From: Raillietiella orientalis
Lineage: Eukaryota
NCBI GenBank assembly: GCA_036172245.1
Contig: JAYWIR010000017.1
Coordinates: 434,001-498,000 of the forward strand
Length of the DNA stretch: 64,000 nt
Direction of reading: 5' to 3'
The notes under the pieces were generated by a model that saw only the letters and a program-made list of their open reading frames with translations, was not told the DNA's origin and searched no databases. Position numbers and translations under genes: made by a program. Position 1 is the stretch's first letter; each line of letters opens with the position of its first letter. Positions 39,201 to 53,271 of this stretch are shown here, piece by piece.

Positions 39201-42200
39201 GGACATTCCGAAAATGCAGCACGAGTTCCGCAGTGCCTCTACTCAGAAAAATCCTCCTCACGGGAGTGCAGATTTTTCTCTGCCACTCGGGTTTGCGCTC
39301 TGTTTTTAACCTTCGTGAGATGAAAGCACCTGAAATCAATGCATACGTCAAGGAGACAGAAGATGGGAAAGATGGTCGACTTTCGGGTTTATGGGAAAGG
39401 ATCCGAAGGTCGACTCCCATTGTCATCGGAGGCATCCAGTTTTAACTGCCACCAGTGCTGCACCCGAAGAAATGTTTCCTCCCTTCAAGATAAAAGAGAA
39501 GGGAAAGCAAAGAGGCGAATTGCTCCGAGGGAGATGGCATTGCCAGCGCAGGGTTCCTTAAAAAGAAAAGGTGATCAAAGAAGTGGGTTCCTTAAGAAAG
39601 CATAGCACCCGGAAGAAGTCGCGTTGAGGGAAGACAAGCAGCAGATTTCACGGATGCACAAAAGCAATCCGTTGTAAATCCGAGACGTGAAAATCTTGTT
39701 CTGAAACGCCGATCGGACAAAATTCCAGATTTCGGAGGAGAGTCATCCGAGTGTAATCCGTTTTGCGATAAGCTGAGCGGTAGCCGAGCTCTTCTTCTGT
39801 CTCTCCCGGTCAGCGGGAGGAACAGCAACACCAGACGCTGCAGCAGAGATAAGAAAAGGCAGCCTGACCTCCCTAACAGCTTCTCTAGATAGCTCTTTCA
39901 AGAACAAGTCTGATGACGTCAACTGACAGTCGCGGGCGTGAAAGCTTGTCTCAGAGGAAACTGCGTCCAGGGGAGAAACTCGAAGTACATCAAAAAAACA
40001 AAAAACAGAACGGATCTGCAGATTAGCAAATCATGGACGGAAGAGAAAACCGTCAGGACGCACATAACAGAGTGGAGTTTGCACCACGAGCAAAAGCGCA
40101 CTCAAGAGATGGAGTTACTCCGGAGACGCGTGTCCGCAAAAACAAAGAAAATTGAAATAAACAACGCGCCGCACCCGTTCGAGCGACCAAGCCTCCGCGG
40201 GCAAACAAGAACCTGTCACGGGTGACAATCCGTGTCAGATTTCGACAGGAGCAAGAGGACCCTCTAATGAGACGCGCTTGGAAAATTTCTCACAATAGAA
40301 AAGTTACTTTATCTCACGTCCGATAGCTGCAGATAGGTAATGTGCTCACTGTGAAGACATTTTTTGTGCGCAAAGGGTCGTCACGTCTTCAACGCAGGAA
40401 CAGCCGATTATCTCAAATGATCTACAGATGGGTACAGGCATCCAAATGACTGAAGAAAACAAACAGCTTGATTTGTGATATGGTATCTAAGAAGCCTGTT
40501 GTGCTTTGTAAGTGCAGAAGCACTGCATCATAGGTACGTCTCTCCAGATTCGTTCCAGTCATTAGACGTCCGACCTCATTCATGCCCGGAGACTATTGGA
40601 ACTCTTCATAGTTCGAGTCCTGCTACAGGCTGTAATATCGACAAGCGAACAGAGTGCACATTCGAAGGCTGCCTGGGGCCAAATTTCGATTCATTGCAGT
40701 GGTGAGCTGTAATGAGCCCTCACATGATCCACAAGATCTGAGGAACTCAGTCATGCTCCTACAAAAGATTTTGTTGATTATGGAAGTTCTCTTACTCGAT
40801 GCTTTCAGGGAAGACGATGCCAAACCTTGAAAGTCAAATGCTGAAGCACACTCGTGTCCCTCTGATATCGGCAGATTTATTTCAGGCATCGTAAATTTCC
40901 ATCTCTGTCGTGAAGCTCGAAAAAATAAGATAGCAAAGAAACATGGGAATAAGAAAGGAATAGGAATGGGGATTGACTTTATATCAAGGAAAGAGGAGGA
41001 AAGTCAGCTGTCTGAAAGACCACAGTTTCTCAAATCAGGTTTTCTCACTTGAAATAAGCAACGTTCTGAACCAAGAAACAAGTATGAGGACCAGCTGAGG
41101 TGCACAGGTATCTTAGAGGCGTCGATGCTTCGAAATGAAATTCGAGAAATCTCTCTTCTCCTGAGAAACGTGTTGAAATCCTTCGGCTTCTTTTTAACAG
41201 AATGAGAATAGCGAAACGAAACTCTTGAAGTGTTACAGATAGATCGCGGCACGTTCGTATGTTCTCTGTGACGGTGACATCCACCATGACAAAAAGCTGC
41301 GGATCATTTTCTATTAGTGATGAAACTTGTCTGCCTTGAACAACATTTTGAAAATGAGAAAAGTCCTTAGCTACGGAGAATGACACAGCTTCTTGAAATT
41401 TCAGGTATTCATTTTGCAGAAAGCTTCCTTCCATTTCTTTCATGATTTTATGCCCTTCGTTCTTCTGGGTTCTTTAGTTTGGAACCTCGAGTTAAGATAA
41501 ACATAGGAGCAAACCAAAAGATCTCGAACCTAGCTCATTAAACTTGTGAGAGTCACAAGAACATGCAAGAATGAGGACAAATTCCTTATTTCATTGAACC
41601 AAACCTTCAAACAAACCAAACTGGTCCAAGAGAGTCTCTTCTTTCTGGTAATCGTAAGCAGTACAAGTGCGTTCTGCTCATAGAATAAGCATGACTGGAT
41701 ATCGATACCAAGCGCTCAAGCTCATCAGACTACGAAGCAAACCAATGATCGAAAATGAAAGTGTACTTTGGGCGGCCTGCAAATAATCAATGAAGTCCAT
41801 CTCCATCCTGAAGAAACGGAGTGCACGCTGAAGTGCACGCTCTTTGGAGCCAAAATTAACAAGCCAAATCATAGTTTGAAGGACCGACATTTCCCTTCTG
41901 CTTTCAAACGACGTTTTGATTCAAGGTGAATCCATGGTTTCATCTTACATCAAACCAGCTGTTGCTCCTCTGAACTGGTTTCGCTGATGGTTTCTCATTT
42001 CAAGAAGAGATGCGATGCACACTTCAAGAATACGCAAAATGAAAACTTCACCATCAAGTGATTCCATAGGATCAACAACTACCAGGTTCACTAAAGACGG
42101 TAGGGAAGGTTGCTGACCTCCTTCTTCAAGAACAGCAAGTTCTGAGGAAGGTTTTCGGGAGGTTTTGTTGGGATAACTCATCATTGCGAGGAAGCAAAAT

Positions 42201-45200
42201 TTTAATGCTGCCTTGTCTTCATGAGTGGCTTCTTTGGAAATCTTTGGAACAGTGCACAGAGAATAATTTCTCGAAACATTCCACGGAGCTTCAAGAAATT
42301 ATCCACTGTGAGCTGCAGGAAGGAATCCCAGTTCATTCATGTTTTTAGTGCAATGATAGCCACAGACACACGGAAGCTTTCACAATTTTCTCTTCAGTCA
42401 AAAGCTTCTGAAGCAAGATCCTGTCGACGTGACTTCTGAACCGAAATGCTGCACAAATCCGCGGAAAGGAGCAAGCACCAAGCTTCCTGTTTGAGGAGCT
42501 CAAAGTAGAAGGCCGTTTTTCTTTTATTTCTCATTTGCTGTTCCAAAACTTTCTTTTGTATTCGCATCCTTCTAAAGTTGTGAGTTGAGATTCTTTCAGG
42601 GTACAGGAATTGAATGAATTTCGTCACGATAGCAGTTCTCTCGTCTTCTGGTACATACGTAATCGAAGAACTCTTGCAGCGCTAGAGTTATTCCCAGCAG
42701 AAGGACTTTCACGCTTCTGTTGAACATCTCATGGAGAAAGGTAGGCTGCTGGAAAGGACAGATATCGACACTCACTCATTCCGTGAGGTTGTTCCATGTA
42801 TCAGCAGAGAATTCCTGAAGCATTCTCTGCAACTTCTTTCAGAAGACAGAGCACTCGAGAACTTTGATCAGCGGGCTCGACACAAAAAAAGGGAATTCAG
42901 GATTGCCATCCGAGGAAGTCAGGGATCAGACGCGAGTGTCGTGTACGCAGAAGTTACTGAATGAAATGAAAAGCTTCGGTCCTTGCAAGCTCGCGAGAGG
43001 CAACCTACTCTTCCTCCCATGATTCTGGAAAGTTTTCCATTCACTGGTGCGTCTCAGATCGCCTCCATGTGTGAACTATCTGAGTTTGTTCTTGTCGCAT
43101 CCAGATTTCTAGACCGGAAATCAAATGAGTCTTTCTTCCGTGCCAATGCAATCCATGGCCTCCATAGATATTCCATTTCTTCTAGAGCATCCATTTACAG
43201 ATTCCCAATCCAGAGAAGGAAACTTCCCCAATCTTTCAAGGATACTATGAATTTTTTTCTCTCTTATCAAGCTTCGAATCCCTTTCCTCGCAAGCGTTCT
43301 CGTCTCTATTCCTTCTGGACCGCTCATCAACTTCTTCGTTAGAGACAGCACTCTAAAGTGTCGAGCCCTCACTGACTATTTTCAGCTCGCGATCGAGTTG
43401 TCCCAGTTGCTGAGGATATGAGATGCAGTCTTTACTTTGCTCATTCCTTTAAAATCTTCAAAGTTCCCTTGAAACAAACGCATTTCGAGCTTTTTGCATC
43501 AGATTTGCCATTTCAGCGGCAGAGATCATCACTCCTGACTGAAGATTTCCTTCAGATTCCGCTCTAAACAGAGACGTGCCTGTGATGAAAGACCCCGGAC
43601 TCTTCGCCTCAAGAAGACTTTCGTGGACCGCTTACGGGCAGGCAGGCTGGAGAAATCGCCGTCGCGCGCGAAGCTCTCCTTTGATCACATTTTCATCAAA
43701 TTGCCTCTCCGCAGTGGAATTTTGGGCTGCTGCATCAGTTTTCCTTTGCCAATCTTCTCGAAATCATACGGGGAAGGATGCTCCAGGAAATTTGCGGGAA
43801 CGGCAGCTCTCTTGGAGCATGGAGAATTTGTTGATGTGGCTCTTTGCACCTACTTGTGATCTGCAATGCCACATCTCAAGCAGATGTAAAGTTTTTATTT
43901 TTGCCCAAGGATCTCACCGTGGAGTTGTTGCTGTGCGACCCCGGGAAATTATCCATAGAAACTTGTGGGAAATCAATTGTCAATTGTGTTCGATTTTAAT
44001 TTTCCGCATAGTCAGTTTTCTTTTCTAAAGTGAAAAGAAAAAAAGAATAGAAGCATTTCACGGGAGAATGAATTATTGATCGCCTATTTATCTGCTTTCA
44101 GTGATGAAGTTCAGAATGGCTTTTGCTTATTGGGATTCATTTGCCAGTGCCACGTTACACGCTTCGATAGCTCCATGACGTCACTGAGAGGAAGAGCACC
44201 AATAACAACGAAACGGCGTAATCGTGGTCTCTTGGATGGTGGAGACTGCATGATTTTTTTTGTGCCCATTAGGAATCCCGTTGCTTCTTTGGAGCCAGTG
44301 ATCCAGAAAGAATGCTGTGATGCAAAACGCACTTTGTGTTGCGTAAAGTGGAAAGCTGTGCGTCCCAAGCACTGCGGTGATTCACTTTGATCTATAGGAC
44401 CATTATTTGCACCTCAAATCCATGCCTATTTTTTTTTTTCCTCTCCTTAATCAGCAACTTAGTTTCGTTTTATTCAGCCTTTCTTCTGGAAGAGCGCAGC
44501 TTCTGTTTCCTCGAGTGGATCTCATTGCTGTTGAAGTTCGGCGTTTCCAAGGCGACGAATGATGAAAATCCGATGCTCTCATTTACAAGTTTCCGTGTTT
44601 ACGATCGCGTCCTCCGCGCTGGAGGAGAGAGCGTTTTAACTCCCTTCTGAGGCGACTTCCTCGTGCCTTTTCTGTCTGTAGACCACACTCACTGATTGCT
44701 GAGACTGGATCACGGACGACCTGCCTCTATTTACTGAAATCTTTCTAGCATTTCTACATCCTTCATCTTTCAACGTTTCTTGTATTTTTAAGTTGCTTCA
44801 TTCTCTCTAGACAACACTTCCCATCTGCTTCATATTTCGCAGAAAAATACCAAGTTGTTTCCCTTATGAAGTGTTGATACTGACCCTACATCTCATTATT
44901 CTGAGCTCCTGCTTCTTCATTATAGTTGTTCAGGCTCTTTTAATTCAAAGTCACGAACATCCGTCGTCAACTAATTGCTGCGCAACGGTACTCCACTTTA
45001 CGGCTCCAAACTATGCTTTCTGTTTCTTCCTGAGAGTTCACGAATTTTGCAGCACGAACATTATGTCGAAAGATGGATGTATCATCTATGATGATAGTCT
45101 CCGCATTAGTCTAGATGGAAGTTTGTCGTTATGAGAGATAAAAACATCTCCGTTACTGTGTTTTCTCATTGGCGTCTCTTGCTGTGGTCCTTGAAGGAGA

Positions 45201-48200
45201 CATTAAATTTTCAGATTGAATGGAAAGGTATTTTCTTCTTGTGTTACGGAAAGAAAATTTCAAGTCTTCAGCAAAGTCTTCTGCAAAGAATTTCTGTAGC
45301 TGATTCCTGCAAGCTTCCTCTCGAAATCCTTTTCTTTTGAATGAGGATGACGATTTGGGAGGAAATGAGCAACCGAAATTCAGCACGAGGGTATCCGACT
45401 CCAAAGCGCTCCTCAAGACTGCCTTGTTGAAGACAGCCGCACGTGCTGAGCCTCTCCAGACCAGAAAAGATTCACCTAAGAGATGTTTCCTTAGCCTTCC
45501 TTAAGAGCATACCTTTCTTCTGCATCTCCAGCGTCTGGCATATGCCAAGAAACTGCAACGGAAAGCAAAGAGCAGACTGTCCGCGACTCTTCGAGCTGCG
45601 GAAATCACGCTGTTCCGCCTGGTTACACAAAATATTCCTTTCAACAGAGTTTCATCACGAAAGAGTGATTATCCTGCATGCTGCCTTATCAGAGAAAATG
45701 GATGCTTTCCGGGACGATTCACTCGACAATCAGCAAACAGAACTTCTATCAGGATCCTTTCCTGTCACATACGCATGTTTGACACACAAATGTCTACCTG
45801 CGTGCACGAATGAAGCACAGTGCCCTAATCATCCCTGCTCAGGAAACTTTGAAAAAGCTTGCCTTTGTTTCGTGCAGGAACACCTGAGTGCATGCGCTCC
45901 ATTCCCGAACGATTGAGCTCTCCTGTGCATGCCTCCATTGCGGGAGAGAAGCCACAACAACAAATGCCGGTGTTTCACTTGGCAGACAAGAGCACCCTGA
46001 ACGGTCTGGTATTTTGCGAACTGCCACTGACTCATCTGATTCGACTGCGGTGGCATGGCAGCGCATCTGGGCTGATAACGTAGTTTCCGAGAAGCTGCCG
46101 CTTAGTTCTGGTAGCAGAGGAGGCATGTCTGTGGCAGATCATGTACGCACCTGCATCCACCGCGGCTTTCAATGCACCGGGACTTTAAGAATGAGTTCGA
46201 CGGGTGGAGAAAGGCGAAGACGCCGGGCATGGTTTTCAACAGACGTCTATTCTGCACGTAGCACCATGAACAGGAAAAGACATCAAAAAATGACTTCTGC
46301 TCTCTTTCGAAAGGATGAGCCGAAATGACTCTGAGGTGGTCTCTGGAAAACGAACGGTTATCTGGGGATATGGAACTGCATTCGAGCTTATCTAGCGACG
46401 TAGCGATTCGTTTTTTCTTCTTGGAACATCAGAAAGGAAAAGAGAGGCTTTGTCTTTAGAAGAAAGCCCGCGACAGAGAGCGGATGAATTTTCATCTGGG
46501 CACTTGAAAATGGGGAAAGGGGAGGGGACCCCCCCAAAAAACGATGGCTGAATATGTGATCTCGAGAGAAGAGTAAAATTTCATTTGGTAGGATGATTTC
46601 ACTTTACTTTTGCTTTCAGCTGCTAGAGGAGATTTTGGTCTTTCTCTGGAAGCACCTTGTCACTTTTTGTTCCCCATGTATGCACCCGGATCATCAACAC
46701 TATCAACTCAAATCACTCTTTTTCATGGCTGTGGTCTTCATGAAGAGGTGGCTGCAGGTAAACGGAGGACACAACTTCCATGAAAGTGTCCCCAAGTCTT
46801 GGTAGTTTTTCTACATCATGGGGCCTTCTGTTGCAAAATAGATAAGGGGGTATAACAGGAGGAAATGGTAATTTGCAGACCCTGGACTAATGAGGTGGTC
46901 CTGATGTCGATGAACTTGACTAACATCCTCTCAGCAGCCCGCCTCTTTCATGTCTCTTTTCTGGAATGCTTCGTCCATCCCTCAATTTTTGAACGGAGCT
47001 GCTGTCCAGATTATCCCCTTATGTTCCCTTCATGTCATTCGAATCTTTCAGTAGTATCAAAAGTGGCAAAAACCGAATAAGAGAACAAGCAGCTTCGAGA
47101 TTATTGAAGTCAAAGACGCAAGGAGATAGGGGAATGGAACTCAGAGATACCAACAGTGGTTTTGCCGTACTCCTTGAATTGGTTTCTCAGGTGATTTTTA
47201 GGTTTGCTACAAGGACTATTATTAGGTTAGAAAAACAAAGAGTTGCATTGGAGCCGATGGAGTTACATCTTCGCCATAAAAAAATGTTCAAGCCCCTCAA
47301 GAGATATTTGATTGCATGTGGCTCCTTCTCCACCACAATCTACGGAAACAAAAGAGCCAATGCACTCAGGTCAGTAGAAGAGTAGAGGTCTTCAGGAGTG
47401 GAAGTGCACCAGATTTCTCATCGAAAAATATCGGATGACCATCTGTTTCCAGCCCAATAACCAAACTACTCGGTTTTCTGCCACCTAGCTTAATTTGTGA
47501 GGGGAAAAATTATACCACAATTATTAGAGGTATCATTTTTCTTTCTTCCTGGAAGAATGGTACAATATCTTCCTGGATACGCACATCTATTAGGTTCATC
47601 TCAAGATTACGTAGATTGTTTGAGAAGCCATCAGTAATCCTCACTTGCCAATCTCCACTTTCCAATGCATGATATGCTGAAGCACATTTTTGTGCTCCAA
47701 GTATAGGACGTTGTTCACGTGAAGATTCTGAAAAATCCTGAGATTGTGCTCAAAGCTTACAGGTGATGAATTCAGAATGATCTCTGCTATCAAGTGACGT
47801 GCCAGGTTATACAGAGGGATTATTTTGGCATTGATTTCCCTGCGAAGTAGGGTGTGAAAGTGGTACCATATGTCTGTGGTATTTTTGCTTGATAAAGTGT
47901 GGACGTTTCGTCCGCGGGTACGGCCCACAAGAAGTATCTGCGGTGCGAAACCTGACTGCGGACCTCATATAACTAACCAAAGATGTCAGCCAGAGATCCC
48001 CCGTTCTAGATTAATATGAGGCTGTCAGCATCGAGCCCAAGTCGATGGGATCTCCAAAGTGGTTTGCGAGCTTCATCCGAAGTGTTACCCCAGGGAAGTC
48101 GTTTCTGTCTAGATGGACTCTACGATGAGGTCTGAGATTGCGAAGAGAAATTGACTCGAGATGACTACATTCGATTGTTTTCGTGACTGAAAAAGGCATG

Positions 48201-51200
48201 TGAGCAAATTCTCAGTCACCCAAACAGGAATGAAGATTTTGTCTCCGGAAAGCTTGGATTCTGAATGGCAGTAAGTCTTTCAGATGTGATTTCCTCCTAG
48301 AGAATCCCTGCTCTCCTGATTCATCTTCTGTGCTCTTTGTTCGGAAGTCTGCAATCTTCAGGATGTGTTTCTAAGCTCTTCAGGGGTTCCAAAGGCATTT
48401 CATTTGAATGGACTGTGGAAAGACGGTCACTCTCAAGAAATCAGTCTGCTTCAAGAGGAATCTGCCAGTGAGTTCTGTAGGAACCAGTATTTTCGAAGTT
48501 TCTTGCTTCTGTCAAAGCGATCGACTGCCAATCCCCAGTGCCTTCTGGCTTCTGACCTGTAGAATTTCATTCTATCAGATTCTGAGAAAGCTGTGCTGGA
48601 CACGTGTCGTCCATATCAGATGCTGCCATCCCCTGTTTTGATGACTCCATGTTTTCGGGTCTGTGTTTGAGAAACAGCCAACGGCACCGACGATTTCCGT
48701 TATTCGTGATGTTCGCCTGAGGGCATCGGTTTCGGATGTATCCAGGAGGCCTCCGAAATTTTCCCTTTCCACTTTCAACTCTGCTAGCGTTGGACCTTCA
48801 TCAGACCTCGAAATTCCCCGCTTCGTTCCCACCGGCCACTGGCGTGTTGAGTCAACTTTCCGTTTTCCACTTCCGGTCCATCCGCCAGATTCGTCCCCGA
48901 GGTCGGCAAACGGGAACGTTTCCTCTTGCCTTCTTCCTTCACCGCGGAGCTCTCTGGCCCCTCTTCTGCTCTCCTGATGACCGTCCTCGTTTCCCCAGAG
49001 ACCACGACAGATTGAACTGCGGTCCGTTCCTCCCTTACAACGGAGAAAAGAAAAAGAAGGCATCTCAGTTGCTGCGGCTTGATTTTCCATAGAAGCTACG
49101 TTACCCTACTTGGTCCGTATTTCGGGTGCCGACACATCTGTTCTTGTGCGTTGTCAGGAAGGCGAGGTGTGCCTCTTTTTTTTCCTTGCTCTTCCTCCTT
49201 CTCTTCATCATCTTCAGGGCGTTGGCCGTGCAGAGTTCTCAGGTCGTGAAGAAGCGCGTGACTCCCAGGTGAAGCCGCTGTTCTTCCCGTTTCGGTGGAG
49301 GGAGCACCGCAGCCAACTGCTCTGGGTCCCTCCCTCTTCTATTCTTGGAGACGATGCTGGGCAGAGCGAGATGCTCGCTCCTTGCACCTCCCGAACGCTC
49401 CCGTCTTCCGCATCTCGATTTTCCCTCCTTCCTGTTCCTGGCACGGGAACCCTATCGGCGCCTCGCTAGCGACAGCGAGAGCTCCCTGCCCGGTGCCAAT
49501 TGAAGGTCTCAAGACCGCAGTCGGCTACCTGGCTGGTTCTCCCTCCGGGACCCGCGGTGGATAATGCGCTTCTTCACGAAACGCCCACGCCCTCCTTTCG
49601 TCGCCTAAGGGCCCTCCAAGCCTCGTGCGCTTTCTTTCCTGGGCGGCGGGAGCTTGGGAACAGGGGAAGAGGAGCCGAGCATGGCTCTTCTCCTTCTGTT
49701 CCTCCTTCCTGCAGAACCCGGAACTTGGCGCCTTTTCCTTACCCTCATCGCTTCACCTCGTATCCGTAGTGACGGGACCGGAACGCCCCTCTCCGACCCA
49801 GAAACGGGATTGCAGAAGGAGGCGCAGGTAGTGCTCCACGTCGACAGGGAGGGCGGCTTCCCCGCAGGAAGAGAGTGGATTGCCCCCGTACAGCAGCGGG
49901 CAGCGGTTGTCCCGGGGGATCGGCGCGAGGAGCAGCCCAACGCCCGAAGCAGAATGGGACGGAGCACGAGAATCCTTCCCAACCGGATTGCGTTGGAGGG
50001 CAAGGGAGGAAGAAGCACGAAGATATCGTTTCCAGGGGCCGGGGAAGAGTCTGCTCGTCTTTCCGGAGGGACGCTTTTTCGCCGAGGAGCACCCCACCCC
50101 CCCTGCCTCTTCCTCTTCCCCTTTCCCCGTGGAATCCCCCTTTTGCCAAGAGAATATGCGACCGAGGACGAAGGAGAGAGGGAAACCGCCTCCCCAGGGC
50201 TGAACGGGGCAGCAGCTGCCGGCGCCTTCAACAGCCGTTCGCAACGTCGCAGACACCACTGCCCTCCTCCCTCCTTCGTATCCTCCTCCCATTCTTCCCT
50301 TCCTCCTTCTTTCCATTTTTCCTACTTTTCTTCCTCTTCCTATTCCCCTCCTGCGGCATGCCATTCCCGAAAAACAGCCTGCTCTTCGTGTGCTGGCGCT
50401 CAGCTCGTCAGCCAATCGGCGGCCGAGGCGGTTCCGGAACGCTCGCGCTCGCGCGAGCAGCGACTCACATGTGTGCGCACATGTCTTTTCTCTTCGGTGA
50501 CGGGAAAGGGAGAGGGGGAGAAGGAAAGGGAGGGGGATCCGGAAGCTGCATCTGGACCTTTAGCATATGGATCCATGCTTCTCCAAGGACGAGCAACGGA
50601 GGAAGGGAGAGAGGAGAGGAAAATAAGGATGCAGTAGCCAAGAGGGACTTCCTTTGTTGCGGGCAGGGAGCCTGACGTTCCCTGAGCGCAGCAAAGCGAG
50701 GAGCCAAGGCTGCGGGAGGATATAGAAGGCGAAAGCATGCCGGGAGTGTCAACCCCTCCCTCCCCTTTCCTCTCCCCCGAGGAGCGAGGGGGTGCAACCC
50801 CTTTCTATCCAGGAAGCAGGCAGGAGTGCTCACGCAGGTCAACACGACCCCCTTGTCGGCCCGCTGCCGCGACTACGCAGGAGACTGGCAGCGAAGCCGA
50901 AGGTCGGTCTTCTCTGGTGGGCACGGGTCGCATAGGACAGGCATCCATCGTTTGCTCTTAGAGGTGGTCAGTGCCTCTGGCACTTTTCTGACCGAGAGAG
51001 GTTTTCTCAGAGCCAAGCTGCCTCCACAGAGCAAACAGTCTGCGTCTCCAGGAGACGGTTTCTCCCAATGAGGAAGTGGCAGGCGCGGCCAGCGGGTTGC
51101 GACCCTCGGCGCGGAGCGCCCCGAGTGACGCCCGCGGGACAAGGGGGAAGGGGGAGGGTAAGGCACAAAAGAGGGCCCTAAGTTGGCGCTTGCAGCCCGG

Positions 51201-52149
51201 AGGGTGTAGCCTCTCCTGCCGCCCCGCGGCAACCCCTGGAGATGCAGGCGCGCTCGTGCTCGGCGTCTCCCAAGGGAACAGGGAGACTCCGGGGCGCCTC
51301 CCGACTGCCACCCGGCCGTCCTGCTATCCGAGAGAGCCGGAAGAGCCAACCGAGGGGGCGCGAGGGGAGGACGCGGGGTAATCCCCTTACCGGCGCGGGG
51401 GGAGGGCGGTGTCGCCTTGCAACCGCGGGGCGCGCCATCTGCTGCCGCCGCTGCCAGGGCACGGCCAGCCTCCTCCGGTTTCAGTCCCTTCCCTAAGGGG
51501 CGGGGGCGCGCGCGCGCGCCCCGTCGTGCGGTCATCGAAATGTTTGCAAACGTCCCACAACCCCCCCCTGTGCAGGCGATTGTCGCACCCACCCTCGGCC
51601 CCGACGCCCCGAGGGCGAACTCCCGGCCGGCGGTCCAGGGCGCCGCCGTCTCTGAGGAGCGCGGCCGACCGCGAACCCTCCCGCAGCTGACGGGACGGCG
51701 CGACGGCCGGAAAGGGCGCTACCGCCCCGTCCACCGCTGTAGGTGAAAGGTCAAGGACCCTTCTGCCCCGGGTCCTCCTCTGAGTGGCGCTCTCCCTCCC
51801 TTTCGGGTTTCAGATCGGAGACACTGCATCCCAGACCTAAGGGTTCCCGCCGTCGCCTTTTCTGTCGCGTCATGGACAGGAGACAAAGCTTTCGGGGGGG
51901 GGGGGAGGCGGCTGTTCCACGGGATGCGTGGGGGGGGAAACACACCTACCCACCGCAAGCACCCATGACTCATGAAACTCCCCAGTTTGCTTCCCTTTTT
52001 TTTTTCCTTTTTTTTTTCTCTACAGAAGTCCGCGGCGTTCCTCGGGAGAGGGAGTGGGGGACCGGCCCGTTGCCCGTCAGCGTGGGAGCGGGCAAGAGTC
52101 CTCTCGGCGGGTACTCGCCGTGCCCTGAGGGGCGGGGAGGGCTCCCGGC

Positions 52150-53271
52150 TCACGTGTCATCCCTGCAGGCGCCGTCGTCCTTTTGGGGTAGGAGCCTGGA
52201 GCAGGTAACCAGCAGTTGACCCAGGTCGCTCCTCTCTGGCACCGCGGAAAGGTGTCTCGGGCGCCACAAACCCGCCGCCGTGGCCCGATCGCTGCCGTCG
52301 CAGTCGCCATCGTCGTCGGGCGCCAGCAGGCTGTCCATGTCGAAGCGCCTCTTGCGGCGGCGGCAGGAGACCTGAGGTTGCGGGGGCGGGGGCGGTTGGG
52401 GCGAAGCTGGGAGGGAGCCGCCGCCGCCGCCGTCGTCGTCCTCGTCGTCGTCGGGAGCTGCCGCCGCCACTGCCGCCAGCCCGAGGTGCCGGCGGACCTT
52501 CCGTTGAGCCTTGCGCCTGCGGAAGTCGCCCTTCCGGAAGTCCTCCAGGTTGGCTGGGTGGATGGCCCAGTAGTGGCCCTTGCCGTTGGCGCTGCGCCCC
52601 GCCTTCACGAAGCAGTCGTTGAGGCTGAGGTTGTGCCGGATGCTGTTGCGCCAGCCAGGCCCGCGGGAGCGGAAATAGGCGTAGCGATCCAGGATGTGCT
52701 GGTAGATGTCGCTGAGAACCATCTTGCGCTCCGGGCAGCTGAGAATGGCCTGGGCGATCAGCCCGATGTAGCTGTGCTGGGGCTTCGGCTCCTCGGGAGG
52801 CCGCCTCGGGGGATACAGTGCGCGGGTCAGAAGGGACACGCCCTCCGGAGCACGCGCCAACGCACCGCCCCCGCGGAAGAACGGTGGTGCGCCCGGCAGC
52901 GGCGACGGGCACGGAGAGGAGGAGGAGGGAGAGGAGGAGGAGGGCGCCGCTGGGAGGGAACCAGCGGGGGAGGCGGCGGCAGCGGCGGCCGCGGTCGCAG
53001 CCGCAGTCGCCGCCGCCGCCGCCGCCGCCGCGAAGAACTTCATCCGTTCGGCGAGGGCGCAGCTGTGCAGGTGCATCCGGTAATGGTCCAGAAGGCCGCC
53101 TCCGGAAACCGCGCCCTGGCACGGAAAGGCTGCCACCAGCTCCGCGAACGGTGGCGCCTGAGGAGGGAGCGGCTTCGCCACAGGACCGAGCAGGTACGGC
53201 AAGAGCAGTCCGCTGGCGCCCAGCTGGCTGGCGCCGGCCGAGGCGCCACCACCTGCGCTGCCGCTGCACAT
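52150..53271 (-). CDS. FoxQ2: Forkhead-box transcription factor FoxQ2 (fd102C-like), single exon, 373 aa from the first ATG
   Basis: The forkhead domain KPQHSYIGLIAQAILSCPERKMVLSDIYQHILDRYAYFRSRGPGWRNSIRHNLSLNDCFVKAGRSANGKGHYWAIHPANLEDFRKGDFRRRKAQRKV is the FoxQ2 subclass pattern. The N-terminal MCS start and LDHYRMHL..CALAERM block resemble insect FoxQ2 as I recall it. There is a C-terminal EH1-like FDMDSLL (52324-52344). The ORF-track start at 53427 is TTG; the first in-frame ATG is at 53271 in the context CCCGCCGCTATG. Confidence 0.95.
   Translation of the reverse strand: MCSGSAGGGASAGASQLGASGLLLPYLLGPVAKPLPPQAPPFAELVAAFPCQGAVSGGGLLDHYRMHLHSCALAERMKFFAAAAAAAATAAATAAAAAAASPAGSLPAAPSSSSPSSSSPCPSPLPGAPPFFRGGGALARAPEGVSLLTRALYPPRRPPEEPKPQHSYIGLIAQAILSCPERKMVLSDIYQHILDRYAYFRSRGPGWRNSIRHNLSLNDCFVKAGRSANGKGHYWAIHPANLEDFRKGDFRRRKAQRKVRRHLGLAAVAAAAPDDDEDDDGGGGGSLPASPQPPPPPQPQVSCRRRKRRFDMDSLLAPDDDGDCDGSDRATAAGLWRPRHLSAVPERSDLGQLLVTCSRLLPQKDDGACRDDT
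52972..53031 (-). repeat. GCN trinucleotide tract encoding poly-alanine (18 Ala and 2 Thr) in FoxQ2
   Basis: Directly visible (GCG/GCC/GCT)n run in frame. Confidence 0.9.

Noticed and set aside
33600..48800. Scattered APE-endonuclease-like words (SSDH about 33880, ICRPP about 41780, DTSET about 48735)
   Set aside because: Single short motifs without enough supporting context; they need a frameshift-aware HMM search.
49605..51750. Many long overlapping ORFs (e.g. 49654-50637, 327 aa)
   Set aside because: They are low-complexity Arg/Gly/Pro/Ser translations in all frames of GC-rich DNA with no protein-family signal.
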